Sequence record: SRR31156797_1106
Length of the DNA stretch: 64,000 nt
Direction: 5' to 3' (one strand)
A program made the translations under genes and the position numbers. Below the pieces are notes generated by a model. That model was not told the DNA's origin and searched no databases. It saw nothing but the letters and a program-made list of their open reading frames with translations. Shown here one piece after another: positions 37,802-48,898 of this stretch (positions are counted from its first letter, which is position 1; each line of letters opens with the position of its first letter).

Positions 37802-39286
37802 TCAGTTGGATGGATACAGGCGACTGATGTCGCTAAGTCTAGATACGACCTTGTCTTGACCAAGGGTGGTTAGTATGTCAAACATGGATGGACCAGCTAG
37901 CTGGCCGGTAAGTACCGTGCGCATACCGTTGATAAGGATACCGGGCTTAATGGCAAGCTCGTCAGCTAATTCTCGTGTGGTCTGTTCGGCGATCTCCTGA
38001 TCAAAGGAAGGCAGGGCTGCAAATCGTTTGCTTAATTCTTTGAACCATTGAACAAGGTCAGGGTGTTTAAGGATATTCTTTTTCAGTGGTTTTTCTTCAA
38101 TATCATAGCTGTCTGAAAAATACGCTCTGCCGCGAGTTGCAAAATCGTCAAGTGTATGAAAACGGTCTTTGATCAGGTCAAGGGTGGCAAGAAACCATTC
38201 ACGTCTTTCTTCTGAATATGACGCGTCCCAGAGTTCAGATTCTTTAAGTTTTTGCTCCACCAGCTGAGCAAGATTTTCCGTGTCTATCGTTCGCAGGTAA
38301 TGCTCGTTTATCGAAATCAACTTGGGGTCGGTGAAAAATTTTTGATCACCGGGGCGGTAATTAAAAACAGAGTTGACCTTGCTCATTCTTTCTAAAGTGA
38401 ATGCCTCTATGAGCTCCTCACGGGAAAAGAACTCTTGTTCTGTTCCTGGATTCCATCCCTGCAGGCAGAGGTAGTTGCACAAGGCCCAGGGGAGAAAACC
38501 TTTATCCTTGTAAAATTGGACAGCAACCACTTCGCCGTGGCTGCGTTTAGAGATTTTTCGTTTCTGCAGGTCAAGGGTTAACGGCATGTGCGCAAAAACC
38601 GGTAAAGGCGCTTCAAGTGCTTCGTATAAAAGGACTTGGCGGGTGGTATTGGTCATGTGATCTTGTCCTCTGATAACGTGAGAAATGCGGTCACGAATAT
38701 CATCCACAACATTGCAGAGCAGGTAGAGAGGTTTACCATTGGATCGGACAATCACAAAATCTTCCATTTCGCTGTATGCCCTTTCAATAGCTCCGAGTAC
38801 TTTGTCGTGGTAAACGAGGCTTCCTTCACGTTTCGGTACTTTGAAACGGATAACATGGGGTAGGCCTTGTTGTTCCTTGGTGGCTACTTGCTCAGGGGTA
38901 AGGTCTCGGCAGGTGCCGTCATAGCCAACGGTTGTTTTCTGGGCAAGGGCTTGTTCCCGTTTCTTATCCAGCTCTTCTTTGGTACAAAAACATTTATAAG
39001 CGTTCCCGCTGGCAAGGAGTTTTTGAGCGGCCTGTACATGCTCATTGGCGAATTCAGTCTGGAAATAAGGTCCTTCATCCCACTGCAAGTCTAGCCAGCG
39101 GAGCCCTTCAAGGATACCGTCGATGGATTCTTGAGTGGAGCGTTCAGTGTCAGTATCTTCAATGCGAAGGATAAGTTTCCCGTTGTGTTTTTTGGCAAAG
39201 AGCCAATTGATTAAAGCTGTTCGGGCTCCGCCAATATGCAGATAGCCAGTCGGGCTTGGGGGGAAACGAACGCGAACATCTACCAT
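37802..39286 (-). CDS. gltX: Glutamate--tRNA ligase
   Basis: [26 protein letters not shown]. Confidence 0.96.
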   Translation of the reverse strand: MVDVRVRFPPSPTGYLHIGGARTALINWLFAKKHNGKLILRIEDTDTERSTQESIDGILEGLRWLDLQWDEGPYFQTEFANEHVQAAQKLLASGNAYKCFCTKEELDKKREQALAQKTTVGYDGTCRDLTPEQVATKEQQGLPHVIRFKVPKREGSLVYHDKVLGAIERAYSEMEDFVIVRSNGKPLYLLCNVVDDIRDRISHVIRGQDHMTNTTRQVLLYEALEAPLPVFAHMPLTLDLQKRKISKRSHGEVVAVQFYKDKGFLPWALCNYLCLQGWNPGTEQEFFSREELIEAFTLERMSKVNSVFNYRPGDQKFFTDPKLISINEHYLRTIDTENLAQLVEQKLKESELWDASYSEERREWFLATLDLIKDRFHTLDDFATRGRAYFSDSYDIEEKPLKKNILKHPDLVQWFKELSKRFAALPSFDQEIAEQTTRELADELAIKPGILINGMRTVLTGQLAGPSMFDILTTLGQDKVVSRLSDISRLYPSN

Positions 39287-39825
39287 GGGGGTACTCCTGA
39301 TTATGTTATATGGGTATTGGTATTAATAAAAGGTGAAGAATAATTATATCTAACGGTTGATGCATGGAACTGTCTGTGTTCTGACGGATAGTATTTTATG
39401 TGCAGTCGCTTGGTAGTCATGTTTTCAACCGATAATGCATTTTGTATCTATACCTCAGATAAATAAAAAAGCCATATATAGCCCTTCACAGGTGAATCTT
39501 CAAGTGGAAGGTAACAAGGATTTCTTTTTTGCGTTTTCTTTGAATGTTGGCCTTAAAAGAAATATATGAATAGGAAAGTAAAACCTGAGGATAAAATAAA
39601 AGTCCCCTTATTCTTTGGCGGTGCAAAAGTATAGATACGTGCAGGGTATAGAGATAATGACAGGCTGTCAAAAAGAGAAATATAGTAGCTGGACTGTTCT
39701 GGCACTCTTTTTTTAGTGTTGTGGCAGGTCGCTAATAGCATTATACTGTAATTTTGTTGTTGGTTGAATATAGGTAGGTGTCGAAGTGGACGAGGTTGGA
39801 CATCGCTGCCACTTGATAAGGAAAA

Positions 39826-40164
39826 ATGGGTGAAGAGTTAAATATGATTGAAAATCTTTCTAGTTGCGATGAATGTCCTGATGGAATGGTAAAGGATGAA
39901 ACCGGGAGCTGTGTCATGCCGGAGGTTACCTTTGTCTCGTTTATACTCTCTTTAAATACGTCAGCCTTGTTCCACATGGGAGAGTTGCCCCATCCAGAGA
40001 GTGGTGAAAAAATAATTGACAGCGATTTAGCTAAACACACCATAGATACTCTTGGTCTGCTTGCAGAAAAGACAAAAGGCAATCTTGATGCTGATGAACA
40101 AGAGCTTTTGACCAGGGTGCTGTACGATTTGAAAATGAAATTTGTCAGTCTTCCCCGTTCCTGA
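39826..40164 (+). CDS. DUF1844-like protein
   Basis: MPEVTF..FILSL..SAL.H.G, AKHTIDTL..L.EKTKGNL. Confidence 0.8.
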   Translation: MGEELNMIENLSSCDECPDGMVKDETGSCVMPEVTFVSFILSLNTSALFHMGELPHPESGEKIIDSDLAKHTIDTLGLLAEKTKGNLDADEQELLTRVLYDLKMKFVSLPRS

Positions 40165-40183
40165 AATTGGTGATTGGTTCAAT

Positions 40184-41089
40184 ATGGAGTGCGCGTCATC
40201 AATACAGGTAAAGGCACCTGCAAAGATAAATTTTTTCCTCAAGGTTACCGGTAAAAGGGCAGACGGGTATCATAATATTGCGTCTTTAATGCAAAAGGTG
40301 ACATTGTATGATCATTTGCAGTTGCGGCTTGTTGATTCTGGGGGGGTTATCCTGCATTGCCCGGGTAATTCGTTGCCAACAGATGACACCAATCTAGCAT
40401 ATCGGGCAGCACACATTTTTTTGGAGTCAGCACAAGAACGGCTCGGAACTACCGTATGTGGGGTGGATATAATCCTTTTGAAAAATATCCCCATTGCGGC
40501 AGGGCTTGGAGGTGGGAGCAGTGATGCTGCTGCAGTTCTTTTGGGGCTTAACGAGCTCTTCGGAGGGGTTTTTTTTGAGCAGGAACTCGCAGCTATGGGA
40601 GTGCAATTAGGGGCAGATGTGCCTTTTTTTGTTGTCAGTCGAGCAGCTTGCTGGGCCGAAGGTATAGGTGAAATTTTAGAGCCTATTGTAAGTTTTGATA
40701 ACCTCTCCGTCCTTTTGGTGAATCCTGGCTTTTCTGTGTCCACAAAGGAAGTTTACGGAAAGTTTTCGTTGACAAAGGACGAGGAATGTCTTAATATTGA
40801 CGGCTCGCGTATCGAGTTATGGAAACATGCGTGGCGGGAGAGCGTTTCTCGGCAAGTGTTTCCGTGGGCTACGTTACAAAACGACTTAGAGCAAGTGACA
40901 GCACATATGCACCCTGAGCTAGAAAGCATCAAGGCAGAACTCGTCGCTCAAGGAGCGGCAGTTGCGATGATGTCTGGATCCGGACCTACGATCTTTGCAA
41001 TATTTGAGGATCGTCAGCGGGCGCAAGAAAGTTGTCATTTTTTCAATAAACAATATGGTTCGGTCTTCGTTACCTCTCCAGTCACCTGA
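40184..41089 (+). CDS. ispE: 4-diphosphocytidyl-2-C-methyl-D-erythritol kinase
   Basis: APAKIN, IPIAAGLGGGSSDAA, GADVPFF, MSGSGPT. Confidence 0.96.
   Translation: MECASSIQVKAPAKINFFLKVTGKRADGYHNIASLMQKVTLYDHLQLRLVDSGGVILHCPGNSLPTDDTNLAYRAAHIFLESAQERLGTTVCGVDIILLKNIPIAAGLGGGSSDAAAVLLGLNELFGGVFFEQELAAMGVQLGADVPFFVVSRAACWAEGIGEILEPIVSFDNLSVLLVNPGFSVSTKEVYGKFSLTKDEECLNIDGSRIELWKHAWRESVSRQVFPWATLQNDLEQVTAHMHPELESIKAELVAQGAAVAMMSGSGPTIFAIFEDRQRAQESCHFFNKQYGSVFVTSPVT
40769..40797 (+). promoter_or_regulatory. Internal sigma70 promoter inside ispE
   Basis: TTGACA-N17-TAATAT. Confidence 0.55.
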
Positions 41090-41125
41090 ATTGGTGTTGA
41101 GAAAAAAATAAAATGCAAAAAAGGT

Positions 41126-41200
41126 TGGGGCGTCGTCAAGCGGTAAGACACAAGGTTTTGATCCTTGCATTCGGGGGTTCGAATCCCTCCGCCCCAGCCA
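41126..41200 (+). tRNA. tRNA-Gln (UUG)
   Basis: Acceptor tggggcg/cgcccca, anticodon arm caagg-ttTTGat-ccttg, GTTCGAATC, encoded CCA. Confidence 0.97.
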
Positions 41201-41288
41201 GTCTTTTCTCTTAATCTCTCAAGGTACTTGTCACCATATTTTCCTCTCGCCGGCCAGGTGTCCGGCAGCTTTGCGCGAGAACTACATT

Positions 41289-42227
41289 ATGCCCAAAACA
41301 ATGAAGATATTTACAGGGAATGCCAACCCTGCTATTGCTAAAGAAATTTGCGATTATCTTGATGTCCCTTTGGGGGCAGCAGAGGTTAAGCAATTTTCAG
41401 ACGGCGAGACTTCCGTAGAGATAGGTGAAAATGTCCGTGGTGCTGATGTTTTTGTGATTCAGCCGACTTGTACGCCTGTCAATGATAATCTGATGGAACT
41501 CGTTATCATGGTCGACGCGCTTCGTCGTGCCTCTGCAAGGCGGATTACGGCTGTTTTGCCATACTATGGCTACGCAAGGCAAGATCGCAAGGTGAGGCCG
41601 CGAGTGCCTATAACAGCCAAGGTTGTTGCGGAAATGCTGACTGTGGTCGGCACTCGGCGAGTTTTAAGTATGGATCTCCATGCTGGGCAGATTCAAGGTT
41701 TTTTCAATATCCCTGTTGATCATCTGTACGCTGCACCCATTCTGCTGGAGTATATTAGGGACAAATTCAAGGACGTTGTTCTCGTCTCTCCTGATGCAGG
41801 GGGAGTTGAGCGTACCCGTGCGTTTGCAAAACGGCTTGATGCTTCGTTGGCGATAGTAGATAAGAGAAGAGAGAAGGCCAATGAGTGTGAGGCGCTGAAT
41901 GTTATCGGTGATGTTGCCGGGAAAACCGCTATTTTGCTTGATGACATGGTGGATACTGCTGGTACGCTCTGCGGTGGTGCTGAAATATTAAAGGCACAAG
42001 GAGCTAAAGAGGTACATGCCTGTTGTTCCCATGCACTCTTGTCCGGGCCTGCCATAGAACGCATAAATGCCTCAAGTCTTAAGTCTCTTTTGGTTACTAA
42101 CTCTATCCCTTTGAGGCCTGAAGCTCAGGCGTGTGGAAAAATTACAGTGCTGTCGGTTGGTGCATTGCTTGGCGAAGCAATCAAGAGAATTCATAATGAA
42201 GATTCCGTCAGTTATCTTTTTGTATAG
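41289..42227 (+). CDS. prs: Ribose-phosphate pyrophosphokinase
   Basis: [42 protein letters not shown]. Confidence 0.98.
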   Translation: MPKTMKIFTGNANPAIAKEICDYLDVPLGAAEVKQFSDGETSVEIGENVRGADVFVIQPTCTPVNDNLMELVIMVDALRRASARRITAVLPYYGYARQDRKVRPRVPITAKVVAEMLTVVGTRRVLSMDLHAGQIQGFFNIPVDHLYAAPILLEYIRDKFKDVVLVSPDAGGVERTRAFAKRLDASLAIVDKRREKANECEALNVIGDVAGKTAILLDDMVDTAGTLCGGAEILKAQGAKEVHACCSHALLSGPAIERINASSLKSLLVTNSIPLRPEAQACGKITVLSVGALLGEAIKRIHNEDSVSYLFV

Positions 42228-42278
42228 TTAAACCTAAATAATTTTTTACATCAACCCGGAGTAAGGGGGAGGCTTTCC

Positions 42279-42836
42279 ATGTTACAAGTCGATATGGCTG
42301 CTGGAATTCGTACGGTTTTTGGCAAAGGACCGATGCGCCAGTTGCGAATGAATAATACGACACCGGCAAATTTATATAGCGGCGGTAAACAAGCCGTATC
42401 TTTGCAAATCGATGCCGGTGAGCTCTTTAAGAAATTGATTTTTCTTCAAGGACGCAACGCCGTTGTAACCCTTATTGTCGAAGGCGACAGTAAGGAAAAA
42501 CGTTATGTTGTTGTTCAGGAAATTCAGAAAAACCCTGTAACCGGCGGAGTGGTACATGTCGATTTTCTGGAAATTGAATTAGATCAGCAACTGGATTTCG
42601 TGGTACCCATTGATTACGTCGGTACCGCCAAAGGGGTTGATTTGGGTGGCGAGCTACAGCTCTTTAAAACTGAGATAAAACTCCGTGGTTGCCCTCTTGA
42701 CGTACCAGATACAATTGAGGTTGATATCACCCCTCTTGAACAGGGTGGTGCTGGCATCACTTTTGGTGATTTGCCGGTTTCAGAAAAGTTGACCATGTTG
42801 GAAAAACCTGATGTAACCTGTGTCACTGTTTATTAA
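42279..42836 (+). CDS. rplY: 50S ribosomal protein L25/Ctc
   Basis: GKG..RQLR, PANLY, HVDF, G.AKGV..GG; prs-rplY-pth synteny. Confidence 0.93.
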   Translation: MLQVDMAAGIRTVFGKGPMRQLRMNNTTPANLYSGGKQAVSLQIDAGELFKKLIFLQGRNAVVTLIVEGDSKEKRYVVVQEIQKNPVTGGVVHVDFLEIELDQQLDFVVPIDYVGTAKGVDLGGELQLFKTEIKLRGCPLDVPDTIEVDITPLEQGGAGITFGDLPVSEKLTMLEKPDVTCVTVY

Positions 42837-42869
42837 ATTTATTGGTTATAGTGACTGTTCTGTGTTTCT

Positions 42870-42898
42870 GAGCCGGTAGTTTACTGCCGGCTCGTTTC
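42870..42898 (+). terminator. Hairpin after rplY
   Basis: gagccggtag-ttta-ctgccggctc then gtttc. Confidence 0.55.
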
Positions 42899-42913
42899 TA
42901 TTCGGCCTTATTC

Positions 42914-43513
42914 ATGGCTTCTCCCTTTCTGCTGATCGGATTAGGTAATCCCGGCTCCAAGTATGAATCAACCCGTCATAATGTCGGGTTTATGATGTTG
43001 GAGCATCTTGCCCGGACGAGCAACTGTCAAATCAACAAGACTAAAATGCAGGGGCGGTATTGTAAACACCGCATTGCAGCGAACCAGGTCTTGTTTTTAA
43101 TGCCGCAAACATACATGAACCAATCTGGTGTATGTGTTCGTCAATTTGTCGATTATTTTAATGTTCCATTGGAAAATATCCTGGTTATTCATGACGATAT
43201 AGACCTCTCTTGCGGCAGAATAAAAGTTGTAGGCAAAGGCGGCGCAGGTGGACACAACGGTATTAAATCCATTGTCCAGCACTTGGGTGCCACAGCTATA
43301 AGCCGCATTAAAGTTGGAGTAGGCAGGCCTAAAACTGATGCTGGTGTAGAAAGACAGCCTGTTGATAAGTATGTCTTGTCCGGCTTTTCTCAACACGAGA
43401 GAGAAATTATCGATGACCGTGCGTCAATTATAATCGATGCAGTAGATATTTTTCTTGAACAGGGAATTGGTCCTTGTATGAATTTAATTAATTGCAGGAC
43501 CGCGAAAGAGTAA
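42914..43513 (+). CDS. pth: Peptidyl-tRNA hydrolase
   Basis: GLGNPG, TRHNVGF, PQTYMNQSG, HDD, GGHNG. Confidence 0.97.
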   Translation: MASPFLLIGLGNPGSKYESTRHNVGFMMLEHLARTSNCQINKTKMQGRYCKHRIAANQVLFLMPQTYMNQSGVCVRQFVDYFNVPLENILVIHDDIDLSCGRIKVVGKGGAGGHNGIKSIVQHLGATAISRIKVGVGRPKTDAGVERQPVDKYVLSGFSQHEREIIDDRASIIIDAVDIFLEQGIGPCMNLINCRTAKE

Positions 43514-43701
43514 ATCCGTAAGAGAGGTTTCCCTGTGGTTTTTTTCACTTTACAAGGGGAGTCGCTCAATTGGTACATTCCGTGCGCGGCCCTTCCCTAT
43601 TTCAGAAAAATATGGTAGTATAGTATTTTATGTTCATTAAGAAAGAACAGTGTTCTTTCTTAATGCATATCCTGCATTCTATCTTATTTTGGAGGATCCC
43701 C

Positions 43702-44181
43702 GTGTTTTCAGAAGGCGATATGGCTGTATATCCTGCACATGGTGTTGGGCTGATTCAGGCCATAGAAACACAGACAATTGGCGGTGTTGATCAGAGTTTT
43801 TATGTCATGAAAATTTTAGATAATGACATGACCATCATGATTCCGACAGCGACCAGTGATAATGTTGGACTACGTGCTATTATTTCAACTGATGAAGTAA
43901 CAGAGGTCATTGGTATCCTTAAAGAGCGGGATATTAAAATTAATGCCCAGACCTGGAATCGTCGTTATCGCGATTACATGGAAAAGATTAAAACTGGTTC
44001 TGTTTTTGAGGTGGCTGTAGTTTTACGCGATCTTTTCCTCTTGAAAGAAGATAAAGAACTGTCTTATGGCGAACGGAAGATGCTGGATACTGCCAAAAGC
44101 CTATTGGTAAAAGAATTGTCCCTTGCCAAGCATGCCGAAGAAGAACAGGTTGAAAAACAGATCGAGAAATTATTTGTTTAA
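43702..44181 (+). CDS. carD: CarD/CdnL-family transcription factor
   Basis: VYPAHGVG, VGLR, WNRRYR; GTG start after GGAGG. Confidence 0.92.
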   Translation: MFSEGDMAVYPAHGVGLIQAIETQTIGGVDQSFYVMKILDNDMTIMIPTATSDNVGLRAIISTDEVTEVIGILKERDIKINAQTWNRRYRDYMEKIKTGSVFEVAVVLRDLFLLKEDKELSYGERKMLDTAKSLLVKELSLAKHAEEEQVEKQIEKLFV

Positions 44182-44244
44182 GTCTGTCGTTCTTTTCTCC
44201 TTAAATTCTCTTTTTTGGCTGTCCACGGGACAGTGAAGTGACCC

Positions 44245-45180
44245 GTGGACGAAAGAAACTTTCATCATGTCGTTCAACCAGTTGACGAAAAGCAACGGTT
44301 GGACCATTACCTTGTTCGAAGACATCCCGACCTCTCACGTTCTTACATAAACAAGCTTGTTCTTTCTCAACACGTTGATGTTGATGGAAAAGTCGTTAAG
44401 GCAGGGCATAAAGTCCGCAGCGGGGAAATTATTACTATTCATCTCCCCCCGCCCGTTCAATCTGAGCTTCTGCCAGAGGATATTGCTTTTGATATCCTTT
44501 TTGAGGATGATCACCTGCTCGTCATCAGTAAGCCTCCAGGGCTGGTTGTACACCCAGCAGCTGGGCATCACAGCGGTACTCTTGTTAATGGGTTGTTATA
44601 TCGATACCGAAACCTTCCACAATCTGAAGGAGGAAGGCCAGGGATAGTTCATCGACTTGATAAAGATACATCCGGTGTAATGCTGGTTGCCAAAACCGAA
44701 ATCTCGCTACGCAAACTGGCCGAAGGTTTTAAGGAACGTGAGATTCACAAAACCTACCATGCTCTGCTGCTCCGATATCCGGGTAATGAGCAAGGGCGAA
44801 TTGTCTCACCCATAGGGCGCCATCCTGCTAATCGAAAAAAAATGGCCATCAGGCCGATAAAAGGCAGGTATGCTGCTTCTCAATGGCAAATTGTCGAAAG
44901 GTATGGCAATGGAATGTGCTTGGCAGAAGTTGATATTGAGACTGGACGAACCCATCAGATCAGAGTTCACATGGCTTCCGTGAATGCGCCTGTTGCTGGA
45001 GATGAACTTTACGGGGGGAAACCTGGCGCGCATGGACCGGTATTTCCCAGCCGGCAAATGCTTCATGCTTCTTGTATTGAATTTAATCATCCTGTCTCTC
45101 TTGAGCCAATGCATTTTTCAGCCCCTTTGTGGCCAGATATGGATGAAGTTGTGCAGACTTTAAGGAATCAGATGGTTTGA
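44245..45180 (+). CDS. rluD: RluA/RluD-family pseudouridine synthase with S4 domain
   Basis: RLDHYL S4 domain, KPPGLVVHP, HRLDKDTSG, TGRTHQIRVH. Confidence 0.9.
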   Translation: MDERNFHHVVQPVDEKQRLDHYLVRRHPDLSRSYINKLVLSQHVDVDGKVVKAGHKVRSGEIITIHLPPPVQSELLPEDIAFDILFEDDHLLVISKPPGLVVHPAAGHHSGTLVNGLLYRYRNLPQSEGGRPGIVHRLDKDTSGVMLVAKTEISLRKLAEGFKEREIHKTYHALLLRYPGNEQGRIVSPIGRHPANRKKMAIRPIKGRYAASQWQIVERYGNGMCLAEVDIETGRTHQIRVHMASVNAPVAGDELYGGKPGAHGPVFPSRQMLHASCIEFNHPVSLEPMHFSAPLWPDMDEVVQTLRNQMV

Positions 45181-45791
45181 GTACTCGAATTGTTGGGATT
45201 ACAGGTGGCATAGGCAGCGGTAAAAGCTGTGTGAGCCGTTTGTTAGCGAGTTTTTGCAATATTCCGTTGATCAATATTGATGCGCGCTGCAAGGATCTCC
45301 TTGAAAAAGGAAAACCTGGGTGGCAAGCACTTCATTCCAATTTAAGTGATGAATTTTTTGATCAGCGAGGACGGTTGGATCGCTCTGTACTCCGTGAGGA
45401 AATTTTTGCAAACCCTTTGTTAAGGACCAAGGTAGACAGCTTGCTCCATCCTCTTGTGCGAGAAGAGCTGCAGACTGAAATTTCAAGCCTTGATAGCACT
45501 TTCGCACTGGTGGAAATTCCTTTGTTATATGAGGCCGGATGGCAGCATGATATGGACTGTGTGATTGTTGTATATGTTCATCCCGATCTGCAGTGTCGCC
45601 GGGTAGTGTTGAGAGACGGAGTCAGCAGGCAACAGGCAGCAGCATCCATTGCCTCGCAGATGGATATTGAGCAGAAAAAGCAGTTAGCTGACCATGTGAT
45701 AGACAACAGTGCAGCATGGAGCACAACGCGTAAGGCTGTCCTAACACTTGGCGAACAGTTGGAAAGACATTATTTGCAACCAATTTTGTAG
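45177..45791 (+). CDS. coaE: Dephospho-CoA kinase
   Basis: GITGGIGSGKS, HP.V, EIPLLYE. Confidence 0.94.
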   Translation: MSTRIVGITGGIGSGKSCVSRLLASFCNIPLINIDARCKDLLEKGKPGWQALHSNLSDEFFDQRGRLDRSVLREEIFANPLLRTKVDSLLHPLVREELQTEISSLDSTFALVEIPLLYEAGWQHDMDCVIVVYVHPDLQCRRVVLRDGVSRQQAAASIASQMDIEQKKQLADHVIDNSAAWSTTRKAVLTLGEQLERHYLQPIL

Positions 45792-46183
45792 AAATAACTT
45801 GACAGTAGTTCTATTAACCAATATCTACGTAGGAACATTTCAACGAATCAGCTTGTAGCCTGTTGACTTCTTGTTCAGATATTTCATAGAATCAAATACA
45901 ACAATTATACCGTCAGTCAAGTATTGCTGAAAAGGTATTTTAATCTAGATTATAAGACACCATTCCAAGTCTATTCCCGCCATTTCTATTCAACTAACGA
46001 CTATCTATCTTTAATAAATAGCGAGCCCCTTTTTTTCGGCTTTCGATGTGTTAACGTTTATTACAGATTTGGCGGTTCTGTAGCTTTTAAAGAATCTTTT
46101 TTTGTATCCCGTGCAATGCATGCTTTCATGCACAGAAGTATGAGCATCATTATCTTATGACCACATGGAGGAAAGACCGGTCA

Positions 46184-47431
46184 ATGAATCCAACTGAGTT
46201 GAAAAATAAAAAAATTAAGGAACTTGTTGCGCTTGCAGCTTCTCTCGGTATTGAAGGATATAGTACCATGAGAAAGCAGGAATTGATTTTTGCGCTCCTC
46301 AAAGCCCAGGCTGACGAGGATGGTAAATTGCGTGGCAGCGGGGTACTTGAGGTGCTGCAGGATGGGTTCGGTTTTCTTCGTGCACCGGATTACAACTATC
46401 TCCCAGGCCCAGATGATATATATGTCTCACCTTCTCAGATTCGGAGGTTGAACCTGAGAACCGGTGATACCATTGATGGTGAGGTGAGGGCACCTAAAGA
46501 TAACGAGCGTTATTTTGCTCTTCTTAAGGTCGATAGGATTAATTATGAAAAGCCGGAAGCTGCCAAAAACAAGACAGCCTTTGTCAATCTTACCCCATTG
46601 CATCCCGATGAGTTGATAGACCTTGAAACCGAGCAGGATGAATTATCCATGCGGGTTCTCAACATCACAGCGCCCCTTGGTAAAGGGCAGCGAGGACTTA
46701 TTGTTGCTCCTCCGAGAACAGGTAAGACCGTATTGATGCAGAAAATAGCAGCTTCCATAGTGAATAAGCACAAGGGCGCTCATCTCATTGTACTGCTCAT
46801 TGATGAGAGGCCTGAAGAAGTAACGGATATGAAGCGTTTCGTTGACGCAGAGGTTGTCAGCTCTACCTTTGACGAACCTCCCCAGCGTCATATCCAGGTT
46901 GCGGAAATGGTTATCCAAAAGGCAAAGCGACTGGTTGAACATAAAAAAGATGTTGTTATCCTTCTTGATTCCATTACCCGTCTGGCCAGGGCTTATAATA
47001 CTGTTACACCTGCCTCCGGGAAAATTCTTTCCGGCGGGGTTGAGGCCAATGCGTTGCAGCGCCCAAAGAAATTTTTTGGAGCAGCACGTAATGTTGAAGA
47101 GGGTGGGAGTCTAACCATTCTTGCCACCGCCCTTATTGATACAGGCAGCAGGATGGACGAGGTTATTTTCGAGGAATTCAAGGGGACCGGCAATATGGAA
47201 ATTGTTTTGGACCGGAAGATGGCTAATCGCAGGATTTACCCCGCCATTGATATTCTCAAGTCAGGAACCCGTAAGGAAGACCTGCTGCTCCCAGTAGAAG
47301 ATCTCAACCGAATCTGGATACTCCGTAAGTTACTGTCTTCTATGAATCCTGCAGATGCCATGGAGTTTCTCTTGGATAGAATGAGACAAACAAAAAATAA
47401 TGAGGAGTTTTTTGCCTCTATGAACCGATAA
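46184..47431 (+). CDS. rho: Transcription termination factor Rho
   Basis: [40 protein letters not shown]. Confidence 0.98.
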   Translation: MNPTELKNKKIKELVALAASLGIEGYSTMRKQELIFALLKAQADEDGKLRGSGVLEVLQDGFGFLRAPDYNYLPGPDDIYVSPSQIRRLNLRTGDTIDGEVRAPKDNERYFALLKVDRINYEKPEAAKNKTAFVNLTPLHPDELIDLETEQDELSMRVLNITAPLGKGQRGLIVAPPRTGKTVLMQKIAASIVNKHKGAHLIVLLIDERPEEVTDMKRFVDAEVVSSTFDEPPQRHIQVAEMVIQKAKRLVEHKKDVVILLDSITRLARAYNTVTPASGKILSGGVEANALQRPKKFFGAARNVEEGGSLTILATALIDTGSRMDEVIFEEFKGTGNMEIVLDRKMANRRIYPAIDILKSGTRKEDLLLPVEDLNRIWILRKLLSSMNPADAMEFLLDRMRQTKNNEEFFASMNR

Positions 47432-47525
47432 AAAGTGCTTTAAAAAATCAGCAAAAGATGTATATTGCTAATCTTTTGCTTTATTTTCAATTTATGTGCT
47501 GTACTCTTAGAAGGAGTGAAAACCT

Positions 47526-47735
47526 ATGAAACCCGATACACACCCAGAATACCATAAGATAAACGCAGTATGTGCCTGTGGTAATGAATTTGAACTTGGT
47601 TCTGTAGAAAAGGAAATGAAGGTAGAAATTTGTTCTGCCTGTCATCCGTTTTTTACCGGAAAACAGAAGTTGGTGGATACCGCCGGACGAATCGAGAAAT
47701 TTAAGAAGAAGTATGCTGGACACCTGAAAAAGTAA
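47526..47735 (+). CDS. rpmE: 50S ribosomal protein L31 (Cys-containing type)
   Basis: [18 protein letters not shown]. Confidence 0.98.
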   Translation: MKPDTHPEYHKINAVCACGNEFELGSVEKEMKVEICSACHPFFTGKQKLVDTAGRIEKFKKKYAGHLKK

Positions 47736-47755
47736 GAAAACAATTTTTACTTCAT

Positions 47756-47795
47756 ATCCACATGACTCCTGTTAGGGGACATGTGGATTTTTTTT
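47756..47795 (+). terminator. Intrinsic terminator after rpmE
   Basis: atccacatg...catgtggat plus T run. Confidence 0.75.
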
Positions 47796-47814
47796 ATTTT
47801 GGACACCCTTGATC

Positions 47815-48885
47815 ATGTTTGAAAATCTTCGCGATATTGACGAAAAGCTGAGTGTTCTTGAGCATCAGCTCTCTGATCCTCAGCTGGCTAATAACCAAAA
47901 GGAATACCAGGAGGTTGTGCGCGAGCATTCTACAGTATCCAAACTGGCAGCTCTTTATGGTGAATATGTGGGTCTTCTGGAAGAGCAGGGTGAACATACA
48001 GCCATGATCCGGGATGAAGACGAAGATCCAGACTTGGTGGAGCTTGCCAAGGCAGAATTAGAAGAAGGGAAAGAGAGAATAACGGAACTTGAAACAGAAA
48101 TTCGTGTTTTGCTATTGCCTAAAGACCCGAACGACGAAAAGAATATTTTTCTTGAAATTAGAGCCGGAACAGGTGGCGATGAAGCCGCTTTATTTGCTGC
48201 TGATCTTTTCAGGATGTACAGTCGATATGCTGAGTCTCTGGGATGGCGAGTTGAGGTGATGAGTTCCAGCCCCATCGGTATAGGTGGATTTAAAGAAATT
48301 ATTGCCTTGGTAAAGGGGAATAACGTTTATTCCAGGTTGAAATATGAATCAGGTGTCCACCGGGTTCAGAGAGTACCCGATACTGAAACCCAGGGTAGAA
48401 TTCATACTTCAGCTGTTACCGTTGCGATTATTGCCGAAGTGGAAGAGGTCGATCTGAATATTGCGCCGAACGAGTTGAAATTTGATGTCTACCGTTCCTC
48501 GGGACCAGGTGGGCAATCGGTTAATACCACAGATTCTGCCGTACGAATCACCCATCTGCCCACAGGTTTGGTTGTCACCTGTCAAGATGAAAAATCCCAA
48601 CATAAGAATAAGGCCAAGGCATTGCAGGTACTCAGAGCACGCCTTTCTGATAAATTGGAGTCTGAAAGACAGAGCTTGATTTCTGAGGAGCGGAAAAGTC
48701 AAGTTGGGACCGGGGACAGGAGCGAACGAATTCGGACCTATAATTTTCCTCAGGGGCGAGTAACAGACCACCGTATCAACCTCACCGTCTATAAGCTGGA
48801 CCAGGTCGTTTCCGGCAACCTTGATGAGGTTATCGTTCCTGTTATTACCCATTTTCAGTCAGAAGCTCTTAAAATTGCGCAGTAG
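47815..48885 (+). CDS. prfA: Peptide chain release factor 1
   Basis: PxT motif (VPDTE), [14 protein letters not shown]. Confidence 0.97.
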   Translation: MFENLRDIDEKLSVLEHQLSDPQLANNQKEYQEVVREHSTVSKLAALYGEYVGLLEEQGEHTAMIRDEDEDPDLVELAKAELEEGKERITELETEIRVLLLPKDPNDEKNIFLEIRAGTGGDEAALFAADLFRMYSRYAESLGWRVEVMSSSPIGIGGFKEIIALVKGNNVYSRLKYESGVHRVQRVPDTETQGRIHTSAVTVAIIAEVEEVDLNIAPNELKFDVYRSSGPGGQSVNTTDSAVRITHLPTGLVVTCQDEKSQHKNKAKALQVLRARLSDKLESERQSLISEERKSQVGTGDRSERIRTYNFPQGRVTDHRINLTVYKLDQVVSGNLDEVIVPVITHFQSEALKIAQ

Positions 48886-48898
48886 TTTTCCGCGCTCT

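Noticed and set aside
39287..39825. Short ORFs in the gltX-DUF1844 spacer
   Set aside because: AT-rich divergent promoter region; ORFs lack recognisable features
41126..41200. tRNA as island integration site
   Set aside because: Canonical ispE-tRNA-Gln-prs arrangement; no duplicated 3' end noticed
45924..46160. 78-aa ORF upstream of rho
   Set aside because: TTG start without clear RBS and atypical composition; better explained as untranslated leader
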